64,000 nucleotides of DNA from Paragordius varius (lineage: Eukaryota > Animalia > Nematomorpha), in NCBI GenBank assembly GCA_964247055.1, contig OZ176055.1, positions 1,240,001 through 1,304,000 on the forward strand, given 5' to 3'. The translations under genes were made by a program, and so were the position numbers. This document shows, piece by piece, positions 49,743 through 61,416 of this stretch (position 1 is the stretch's first letter; each line of letters starts with the position of its first letter). The notes under the pieces are model-generated. The model made no database searches. It was not told where the DNA came from and was given only the letters and a program-made list of their open reading frames with translations.

Positions 49743-50339
49743 TTAAGATAATATTTTTGTCAATCCCTTCAATATTCTAGATTCTTCTTTTAAGCGGCGT
49801 TTTTGAAGGTTTTCATTCAATTTCTGCATCTCCTCTTGATTCATAATATTAAGACCTTCCTTAAGGGTTTGAAGTTCACTATCTACAATATATAATGCAT
49901 CTTCATCAGCTTGAGTATATGGTTCAAAAGTAATTTTTAAATTTTGTGGATTAATTGTTTGAGAAATTTCATAAAGTAGTTGCATGTTTTGTGAGGTGAC
50001 TTCTTTAAATACAAGATTTCTCGAATAAGTATCAAGTTTATATGTAGCAGCGGGAACTTTGGAATGTCGTTTATAGTTGACAACTTTTTGCGAAACTGCT
50101 GGAGTAGCAAAAGCTTTGTCTGGAACAAGTCCAATTTTTTTAATTAATTTCACAAATTTGGATTGATAATATTCTGCCAGACTGTAATCATATGATTTAA
50201 AATTTATTTTCAGATCCTTATAATGGGGTAATTTTTCCAATTTTATGCCAAGTGATTCATACCATTCATTGGGTGGTTCGTAATATTTGTGAAGATATCT
50301 GACTTGAGGCTTGATAGAAAATAGGCGTGATCTGATCAT
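49743..50339 (-). CDS. MRPL48: Mitochondrial ribosomal protein mL48 (S10-like fold), 198 aa, intronless
   Basis: YEP..LPHYKDLKINFKSYDYSLAEYY, AFATP, TYKLDTYSRNL, YTQADEDALYIVDSELQTLKEGL fit animal MRPL48 better than MRPS10; N-terminus resembles a mitochondrial presequence. Confidence 0.88.
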   Translation of the reverse strand: MIRSRLFSIKPQVRYLHKYYEPPNEWYESLGIKLEKLPHYKDLKINFKSYDYSLAEYYQSKFVKLIKKIGLVPDKAFATPAVSQKVVNYKRHSKVPAATYKLDTYSRNLVFKEVTSQNMQLLYEISQTINPQNLKITFEPYTQADEDALYIVDSELQTLKEGLNIMNQEEMQKLNENLQKRRLKEESRILKGLTKILS

Positions 50340-51876
50340 AATATTTAATGCATGTTGGTATAAACAACCTATATAATTTCTGCATAAATTTTTAATTTTA
50401 ATATTTTTGAGAAAATATATAGTTTTAATGTATGAGTCATATAAAAGTTAAATCAAGTTAAATCCCACATAAAGTTAAATAATTTTTAGCCTATAATATA
50501 TTTTTAGTCAAAACAAAAAATGTATAGCAATATAAAAGGATGTCTTAGTTTTTATATTAATAATCAAACAAATTGTCTATCATTATCATCCTTTTATTAA
50601 TCAATTATAAGTCCTTAAAAAATAAAAGGAATCGGTAATAGAAATTTAAAAAATAGATTGTAATTTTAAAAATTAGGGCGATATTTAAATATAATATCCC
50701 CTAGAAAGCAGTACTGCAAAGTTTTTTTATAACTGAAATAAACAAAATTGCGTTATGCACAATCTTAAATCATATAAGTTTTTAAAAAGTTTTCAGGTCA
50801 CGGTAAAATTAGGTCGGAAAAACTTAATGATTTAAAATGAATTAATATTCTAATATTACCTTTGTTTTGGTAAGTTGTCACAATATTTGGGTTCGAATTA
50901 GGATAACAGGTTACCCCAGGTTATAATTATATTGTAAACTTAATGCCATAAAATTTATTATGCTTTACCCTAACAACAACGAAAATTTAGCCATTAATTT
51001 TTTACAAAAATATAACGTTATACGGCTATGCGAATTTATTTTATATCGAACAAAAACACTAGAATATATATACCACTATTTTAAAATAACTCGTCATCAT
51101 TTGAATTAAATATTTTCTTTTAAAAGAAAATAAATAATTTTTATCGTTCCTGATCATGGTCGTATTGCTTTGGATCTGAAGATCATCATGAATTTTCCAC
51201 TATAGTTAATGGTTTAAATAAAAAATGGATCAGGATTGCATTAGGGCTAAAGTGATTTAAAAGAGATATAACCAACCAAATGATAGTTGTTCAATAAATT
51301 ATTCATTCCGAGAAACTATATTAGTTAATCATTTTAAAAGCATATGAATATTATATAAGAGCGCTAAAGTCTTAAATTTTAGAGATGATATACATTACTT
51401 ATTAAACAAGCGGTAGCCCGACATAGTTAATATAAGCTAAATTATGCCATAATAATAATTTAGGTTTAAATTTCAACAAAAAAATTGTTAAAGCTTTCCT
51501 TGACTATAATGAATTAAATAATTTATTCAACATTAAAAATAATTTAAAATAAATGATTTATTTTTTTCATACAAAACAATTCACTACTAAAAACGGTAGT
51601 AAGTGCTTATTTAAAAATTTTTGAGCACAGGTTTTTAAATTAAGAGTTAATTCCTGCACTTCATGCATATCTTTGTAAAAAAAAATTATGATTAGATATT
51701 AAACCGAAAATCCGAGTGAATATCCGCTTTTAAATCCAAAGATTACGAAGATAAAAAAATGCATTTATTGGAATCTATTAGCGAAAACCCAATGAATGTG
51801 TCATAAACAGAGATATATTCTTAATTTTTATATAATATGCTTGACCTCTTATCTATATATTTATAAAAATACAAAA

Positions 51877-52560
51877 TGCTGGCTTTGTGATCTGTAAACC
51901 GGTAGATTCAAATCCAAACATCAAAAAATATAATCATTAATGAATCGAATAGCTTCGCCCTTTTTTGAAATAAGCCCCCTTCCAGGCCCAACGGTATAAA
52001 AAACGGTTTTTTGAAAACAGAAGTCCACAAGTGTCATTGAGACATTTTTCGGGAGAACGTGTTGGACCATTCATTATTAAATATGATTTTTGTTTACTTA
52101 TTTTCGATTATGAGACCGTAATTCAAAGATTCCACGTATTCTGTGTTGAAAGGCATAAATTTTATACTGGGTAAGGAGCTACCCGCTAAAAACTGAGCCG
52201 TCATGTGGCTTTGTGATCTGTTTCCGGAAAACCGGTAAACCCATTCAAATCCAAACATCAAAAAAATATAATCATTATCGAATGCCCCGACAATAGTTTC
52301 ACCCTTTTTTTAAAATAGGCATCCAGTTCGAGCCCATCCCGTATAAAAAACGGTTTTTTTGGACAGAAGCCCACAAAAATCGTGTCTTTAAGACATTTTT
52401 CAGGAGAACGTGTTGCACCATTCATTTTCGAATATATTTGTTTACTTATTTTCGATTGCGCTGAACATAGTCGGCTCGCTTTTTTACCCGCTCCCCCTGT
52501 AATATGCCATTTTTTCAAAACAAAATCCACAAAAAAAATTTTTTGAATCTATTTTTCCCC
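51877..52560. repeat. Two tandem diverged copies of the repeat also nested at 11915-12355
   Basis: Shared tggcttt..ccggtaaacccattcaaatccaaacatcaaaaaaatataatc..aaaaaacggtttttt..gtccacaa blocks starting at ~51877 and ~52205. Confidence 0.75.
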
Positions 52561-53205
52561 TAATTAAATAATATATTAGTATGAATGCTCTGTTTTAATT
52601 CCTATATGATCATAGCTATTAAATAATGTTTCGAAATAATCCACATATGTGGATCATTTTATTGTCCTTTTTTACAAATGACCCCCCCTTCCAGAAGTCC
52701 GAAAGACTTCCAGCACGAGATTTACGCTATTAAACTATAAAATAATATCACAAAATATTTATAGTCCATAATTCAATCTCTATTCATTTTGTTCATAAGT
52801 GAAAGGTGACAAAACACTTTATATATTAACAGATTACCAAACAATGTCTATTCACATCCATCCGTTTTTTCAAGGTTTGCGCGAGGAAAAAAAAGTTATT
52901 TAAGACATTCTCTAGTTTTGAGACATTCTCTAGCCAGATGCAGCAAATAAGGCAAGCTCTTACCTCTTTAATAAAATTGGTTTCTAAAGGCATATAATCC
53001 GTAAAACCTTGCTTCAACTACAAAACAAAGTAATAACTCTATGCAAAAATCATAGAACAGAGGGTGGATGCATTTTACAATTGTCTATTGATTAAGTTGA
53101 ATGCAGCTTTAAATGAAAACTTTTTGTATAAACACATTTTCAAAGTGAATCAAAAATGCCCAAAGTTTTAAACAAATTTGCCGTCATAAAGTGTTACACA
53201 AACTA

Positions 53206-56200
53206 TCATAAATTATTTATTGCTTTTCTTCTTTGCATTTGTGACATATTTGGTTGTTGTGTAATAATAGAGTTGACATTATTGAATTTGGTGACAGATT
53301 GCCTTTCAAGCGAGAATGGAACGCCATATATAACAAGGGCAGCTCCAACCAACCAAGGTAATTTACAAACACTCCTAGCCTCTTGAACCAAAAGGCCCAA
53401 GGGTTTATCAGGCTTCTGAATCCAAGCTTGTAGTAAATGATTGAAATAGCGGTCGAGATCATTGGATGTAACATCCCATAAACATCCTATAAGGGTGGGG
53501 CTAATCACGAAATTTAACATACATTAATGGTGGTGATAATTGAGTTTAGAGAATAAAAATGTTGTTAAATTACGATGCAAAATAACATTTTAAAAGCATC
53601 GTATTCAAAAAATGCAGTAAATAAGTTTGCTGATAATGACAAAACTTAAACTTGTTGAAATGAGTATCTTTTAAATATCAATGAAAAATATGGCATGCTT
53701 CAAAATAAATAGTAATTATGATATTTAACAAATGTTTAAAAATCCATCTTGTAATATTTTACGCGTATACATACCCTACTTTAATAAAAACAAAGTGGTT
53801 AATTTTTTAAGTTCTTTCTTGAGGTTATTAATTAAAAATCTAATGTTTTCACAAAAACTAAAAATATACCATCCAGACAACAAATAGGTAAGTAGGTTAC
53901 CATTCGCTTCAAATTCACCGTTTTGATTCAATTTTGCACTACTGCATCCCATTAAACAGGTCACGGCATTTGGTTTCTTTCCACAATCTTGATTCAAAAA
54001 AAATGCAAAATAAAACGGGTTAATCAAAAGTAAATTTAAAATCTTTAATTTTTGTTAAAAAATAATAAAGTTAGTTATGTTAAGTTATTTTGGCTAAAAC
54101 TAATCTAAAACTAGTTAAATTATCTGTAAAATTCGTTATAGTAAAGATTTTTTTAACACTTAATAACTAAGTAACAATTCAGCCTAATGTTTTGAATTCA
54201 TGAATATATATATATCTTATTTTACAAAACTAACAATAGTTTTATTTTTGACATTTTTTTTGATTCATCGTTAATTTTCTAAACTTAATCAGATGAAACC
54301 ACATACTCATGTTTGCATTTTGGGATAATTTTACGTTAGTTTCGGCTTGCTGATCAAATCCTGGGTCTGAATTTAAACCTTTCAGGAAAGAAGAACCAGA
54401 CCCATGTCCACAATAACTAAATATAAAATAAATTACAACCATTCATAGAATAAAAGAGTGGTCTTAAAACAATTCGTTAAATGTATAGATTGATATATGA
54501 ATCCAATAATAAATCTAAATAACTGCGCTAATATTAAAAAACGCGACCAAAAAAACATTAAAAGAAATTTTTCACAGACAATAATTAAAATTTATACGGT
54601 AAAAATTGAAATTATACGGACAAATAAAATTATAACGATAAATATTTTTTTTAAAAGACAACCATACTTTTTAAAACCTTATTATATCCCATATAAGATA
54701 CTTATTTACAATTGTAAAATATAGAATTGGTGTTAATAATATATATCTCTATTTCACCCTTTGCCATTTACAGAAATGATTTATATTGAAATCAGGATTT
54801 AAAAAGTATGGTTGTTTTTTCGAAAAAAACATTAGTCTTTATATTTTAAGTTTTGTCCGTATAATTTCAGTTTTTATTGTAAGTTTTCAGTTTTCTGTTA
54901 GAGATCTATAGTAGAATTTAAGTTGACTCTTATGTAAGTCAGTCTCAAAATGAATGTTATCGAATAGCCAGGTTATTGGCAATTCTCCAAAAAACTTATT
55001 TATCATTTTTAATAAAAACGCCACATTAAAAAATCCCATCCATGCAAAAAAATCGTGTTAATTCAAATATAAAAATAAAATATAAAAAAACATATTCATT
55101 TACACAAATAAATCATGATTCTCTAAAGCTTGTAGGAATGTATCGTTGTCAGGTTTAGTATTGCTAATACCATTCCATCCAAAAGAACTAATAGAAGAAC
55201 ACAAAAGATAAATTTACTTTTTATAAAAAAATTATATTTTAACAAAATATTTTCTTACTTAAATATGGGCAAAAAAAGTTTTTCCGTTGATTCCAAATCA
55301 CCTGAAGGATTTAAAATATAAAAACAGCTTGTAAAATTTATGAGATTGGTTTGCTGATTGATGGAAAAATGGACATTAAGACTGTTATTGCTATAGGGTA
55401 TCATGCGATATATAGGTTTACTGATTAACATATCTAAACTTTCCCACGGTAAGTAATGGAGATCCTAAAAAGTTTTAAAAATATATCAAATTAATTCAAA
55501 ATAAAATTTAATGGCACAAGTATTGGACAATACGCATTTTTATTATTTTTTATATATAAGTTATTCAACTAAAATTATATTTTATTTAATTATATCGTAA
55601 TAACTATCATTTGCCGACATCTAAAAATAAACAAAAAAAACTTTGATTAATTATATGAATTATGAGATACTACTTGCTATGCGAAAAAAATTAATAAAAT
55701 ATTTTTTACAAACTATGTGCCCATATTTTGTATTAGGCGAGAGTAAGATTAAAAATTTCAAAATACAAGCAAAAAATTGGGTATTCTGTTCTCACATATA
55801 GTATGTAATCAAAAATATATCGACATATATATACTTACAGATTCTAAAATGAGATAAATAGGTGACAAATTAATTGAGGTGTTTATATTATCATTGTCCC
55901 CAGTATAATACATTTTTAACATTTCTTCTTTGAGTTGTAACATACGGTTTAAAATCACATCTTTAGGCATCAATGATGAATCCATACTGAGAGATTCTGA
56001 CAGATAAAAAGTTTCCTGAAATTGCTTGAAAAAAGCGGCAACGTCGATTAATGTTGAAAACTCCATAAAGTTTTGCAGGTAATTTAGTATAAATAGCTAA
56101 ATTAAACATAATAAAGAAATCATAAACCATGGCTATTGTTGAGGAAATAAGGCTTAAAAAGTAATATGTAATTTATAAAAAAACTTTATATTAATGATAA

Positions 56201-59200
56201 AATATCATACCTTAATACTATACGTTTGATTTAACGTATTGGCATAAGGGAATAACATAGAATTGCCTTTTTTTCCGACCAAAATTGAGGTTATTAGATT
56301 ATTCAAAATCAAATTTTGTTTTGATGTTAAATGGTGCAATAAAAATTGGTTGTTAAATATATGACACCATGGTTTAAGGATGTTTTCCAAGTTATCCATA
56401 CATTTCTAAAGGAAAGCATTGATAAAATTTAGAAATAACTATATAATTAAATTATTATACAAAATATGACATCTATATATAAATTACTTTAAATTCATCA
56501 TTCAATTGTTTTCGCAGGTGTAAAGCCTTAACTTTATTTTCGATTTCAATGTGATTCTTGAAACTTTCAAGTATACGGTGTATATCATTGTACAAAGCTT
56601 TCTACATTACAAATATAAAATATACTTAAAAATTTCGAAAATATTTATAAAACCTTTTTTTCACGTATATACCCGTTGAAAATATCAAAAATGAAATACA
56701 AACTACCAATATTATTAATATAATCAAATACCTCGGTAGTTTTTGGAAAATCTATATAATGGATAATGGGTTTCGTAAGATTTTGAGATTCCCATCTCGA
56801 TAACCTAAGGTATTGTTGTTGACCTATTGCAACTTTGTTTATCATTACAGTGATTTGAGATTCATCCTGTTTATTGCAAGTTATATTAATACTCCGACTA
56901 TTCTCTGAAGGTCTTAAAAATTTGTCGTTAACTGTAAATTTTCGATTATAAATGGGAAAAATTGAGGACATATAAAGTTCATTTATGTGACAAGTTATTT
57001 TATCATTCTCGCAATCTATAGTTTCTACAGTATAATCATTGATTGGGTTTGTGATCACGGCAGATTTGGGTAACCTCTTTTTGGCAACTAATTTTTTATT
57101 CGGTGCCTGAGTTTTAAGCATGGTGGTATTGGTTATAAAGCTTTTTAGTTCAAGGAGTATAGCTAAATATTTAAAGACTAGCGTAGTATGTGGATGTAGG
57201 GGGTTAATTGTAAAATGCTGTTTTAGCTTTTGTAAAATCAGGATCAAATATTCAATATTGGGTAGGGGTGATTTATTTTCAGTAAAATTGTCATGTAGGA
57301 AAATTTCCAAATTTTTATTGTTTAATGGACAAGCGTAGTTGAAAGATATATCATCTAAAGCACATGGAACACATTTCGATTTTTCAACTTGGCTATATCT
57401 TGGTAATGAATCATAAAGAGAATCTAAACTTTGAGATTTCTCCCTTGATAACCTATGTGAAGTGGTGCAGGGTGTTGAATTTTCAAAGAAGTATTCTTTA
57501 TTTTCGTTTTTACAAGTGCTATCTGAGATAATATTTTTATCTTTTTTCCTAACTGGTCTTGCTTTAGGTTCCGCCCTTTTAAGAGTGGTTGTAGATTTTG
57601 ATTTGGAGATTGTGTTACTATTTATAGTTAATGCATTAATTTGAGATTGTAAGATATTCAAGGCAGAATTTGTTTTGGTTGTTTTTGAATTGTTTGCCTT
57701 AATTTTTATTGTGTTATCGGATTGTTTAATATCTAATGGTTGTTTAACATAATGATGTGCCTGAAAATATTGTTGAATACCCAATATGATATGGATTAAT
57801 ATGAGAGTTATCTCCTCAAAATTAAATTTAAAAAGAACTAACAAATTATTTTGACTTTTTAGGTTGACTATCACGGTATTATATAGGGAGGACATTTGCT
57901 TTAATGCAAGTTTGGGTAGTGAGTTATTATAAGTATCGGGTAATATTTTACCATTCGAAACCAAGTTTAATAATTGTATCCACCAAAATTTATCTTTATT
58001 TAGCTTTTTGAAATGGGGATACCTAGATATTTTATAGCCGAAATCATTACTATTGATTAATATGGAAGTAATGTATGAAACATATTGTCGAAACGATAAA
58101 AATGTCAAATAAAGTTGAAAATTAATTGTTTTATCGTTTAATTTTATTAAAGTATTCTCAAAGAAGTTAGGATTAAATTCAATAGAGTATACAGGTAAAA
58201 CTGGGTATATTAATGGCAAATTTAAATATTTAGTCAGGTATGAAATAAGAATTAACCAGTCCTTATAAATATGATGCTGGACAAAAGATAAATTCTTTTG
58301 AAAACTGGGAATAACTCGTTTTATAAGGGTGTGGAGATTTGATTCTACAGTGATTGGAAATCGTTTATCAAATCTATTGGGTATTTTTTTGATCGTTTTT
58401 ATATAATGATTTATCATATCAGACATAAATCTCTGGTTGAACTTATTATTCTTATCATTATTATCAACAGTTATTAGCGTACTGTAAATGGTGAAATAAA
58501 ATAAGATGGCTGATAAATTACCTTCCCTTAATTCACACATGGTGACATTGTATAAGCAATTTAGGAATCTAAGTAAAACAAAAATATTAATAGCTATTCC
58601 AAATTATATGTTAATCAGATCACACTAAGTTTTTATTTAAAAGTATCCAAGAAAAAATGAATTTTAAATATTTGTCTAATGTCATATTTTTCAAAAACAA
58701 GAGATATAAATTTTTTTAAAGCAAATGAAAAGAAAAAAAACCTTAAAGGATTAAAATATCTTTGTGTGATATTCATAGCTTCTAACCAATATGTTTTAGA
58801 TTCTCTGACATAACCCAATAGATGATAAGTCATAGCTAATTGTTCCAAAGATTGGAGTGTTTCGCACAAAATATTTATACGAGCCATGTGATATATACCA
58901 TCTAAAAGAAGAAAATAGTAAATAGGTATAGAAAGCTAATTTTAAAAAATGATCAAGAACAGTATTTTTGCCTATTATTTTGGTCTTTGAGAAATAATTG
59001 TTTTCCTCTAATTCTGGCATTATTTTTTGGTCAAATGGTTAAGTTTTGAGTTTCAATTTTTATCAAATTCACAAAAATCGGAATTATTTTGATACACAGT
59101 GAATATATAGCCAAAGTAAAAAACAATAAACAGCTGTACGCCGCTTTTTTCTGAAAATCAAAAAAATCATTTAATTATTTCGAATAAAAATATATACATA

Positions 59201-61379
59201 TATATGTTATAAAAAATTAAATAAAAAAAGCATAAAGTTAAACCGCACTACCGATAATAAAACAATTTCAAAACTATCAATTTAATTTAAAAAAATCAAA
59301 GAAATAATTTTTTAAAAGGCCTAAAACATTAAGAAGCAGCCAATTTTTATCAGTATCATAGCGTAATGTTATAACTTACCGTGTACAAATGATCGATTCA
59401 TATCATTTGAAATATCTGAGGATGTAATGTCTTTAATGTTTCTTTTTTGAGGTGTTTTGCATTTGAAATGCGATGACAAAGACTTAAAAACGTGCGTAGT
59501 TTTAACCGATACCGCCTTATCTAATGCCAAAAGCGGTGGGATAATTCCTTTATTTAAGCTGGCTATATTGGGATCCAAATAGCCTATGGTTATTAAATTA
59601 TCCACATATGTGAGTAAATCTAAGTTATATATACACATTAGTTTTACTTGATGTAATATGTCTCTTTACGTGGGCAAAATGCAATTGCATTTTATACTTG
59701 ATGATATAATTGGTGTAATGTCCATTCTCAATGGCATTTATATCATCTTCTATACGTTTTAATTCCAAAATCAGGTGTTTAACCGTATCAAAGCAAGTAT
59801 CTTTGTTTTCAATCTATTTTTACGATGAAAATAGTGTGTCAAAATATATTTAGCAACATTTTCAAACATTTATAATTTTATATATCAACAGTCATATGTT
59901 ATAATTAAAATTTTTTTGCCAAAGTATTGGATGCTAAAAAAATAATAAATTAGGTTTGTTTTATAAAAAAACTCCAAATATAAAATTCTGTTTTCCAAAA
60001 AGTCCAATTATTTTAATAGAATGTTTTAAACATAATTGTATAACATTTTTGCTTGAGTAATTCAAATGATTCAAATATGATAGAAAACATTAAAAAGGTA
60101 GTGATAAATTTCCTAAAAAAACGTTTAAATTGTTTAATAATTTCAAAAATAGTAAATTTTGTAAAAAATTCGATATAGCTATTAATATAATACCAGAGTT
60201 AAAATTTGGCAAATCAAGATATAATTGTGAAATTTGACTCTTTCATAATCACTATTTTGGAATATGCATGAATTTGAGGAAACAGTTGTCTTCAGAGGTT
60301 TTAAATTTAATTTTTCTTGCACCAATAATAAATATGGCATAAGACTGGTTGACAATTCTTTATTTATTTCGTATTGTTCAAAAAATAAAATGTCCTCAAA
60401 CAAATTATTTAAGCACGCTATTATAAATGAGAATATTTGGGTATTTTTTGAAATTTCGCTTGATTTCTTTATTATATGTGCATAGGCATTATTTTCTTTG
60501 CTTATAATTACGATCGATAGGCGAAACATACAGATTGATAACCGTATATTTTGTGAACTCTATTAAAAATTAAAATAATAAGTGTTAATGATGTTTATAA
60601 ATTTAAATACCTTTGAAGGCATGCGAAAATTATCTGATATTTGTATAAAAATTCAATCGGTTAGACAATTAATTATACTTTTTATGTTTTATGACATTAG
60701 ATTCTTAAATATAAATTGATATAAGTCCATAATTTTGTCCAAAAACATATTTTTTATACCATTATTATTTATAAAAACGTTTTTAACTACTAGTTGTTTT
60801 TAAAAGCCATTTTACTAAATAATACCTTTCCACCGTATAGCTGGGATAAAGATTTGATATATTGTAAACGAATTAACAGGATGGCTTGGTTCTCATGAGT
60901 TAAATGTCTACTATTAAATTCATCATTTTTCATCAATAAATTTATATAAGATTCGAGGTGATATAGGCCGAATTCTAACCAGTCAAGTATATTATATATG
61001 TGGCAAATCCTAAATTCTTGCGCCATAACCAATAATTTTTGAATTTGTTCTTTTGACTGAGTAGCAGAAAACAATCCGTCGTTTTCGCTTTTTAAAATGT
61101 CAAATAACATTTTGGAAAATGGGATTGGTGTTTTAACCTGCATATAAAAAAATTAAAAAAAATATTAAATTTTTTAGATAATTTTAATATTTTTTTGTAA
61201 AACGATCAAAATTTTAACTTTTGGTAAAACATAGTGGTGTAGGTATGACAAGAATTTAAGTTGATACAAATTAAAGCATGCATAATGGTGAAACATTCCA
61301 ATTGATTCGCTATTTTTCGGATAATGTTTTTCAATCATTCTTTCCAAGTTTCGTAATCCCTTTTGAACAACTCTAAAGT

Positions 61380-61416
<37 letters not shown>

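Noticed and set aside
49743-50339. Assignment as MRPS10
   Set aside because: It shares the S10 fold, but the SYDYSLAEYY, AFATP and C-terminal DSELQTLK motifs fit MRPL48.
4756-50370. Acceptor-like AG 0-30 nt upstream of most start codons (4762, 7478, 22389, 45808, 50369), suggesting SL trans-splicing
   Set aside because: Strong upstream donors exist for most of them (GTGAGT 5774 minus, GTAAGC 7015, GTAAGT 20958, GTAAGT 46026 minus), so ordinary 5'-UTR introns suffice, and no SL RNA was seen. Shared 5' leaders in cDNA would reopen this.
58489-58528. Intron-like 40-nt GT..CAG stretch at the start of the large separase exon
   Set aside because: Removing it creates an immediate stop (GTA CGC TAA), whereas the unspliced frame stays open for over 600 codons.
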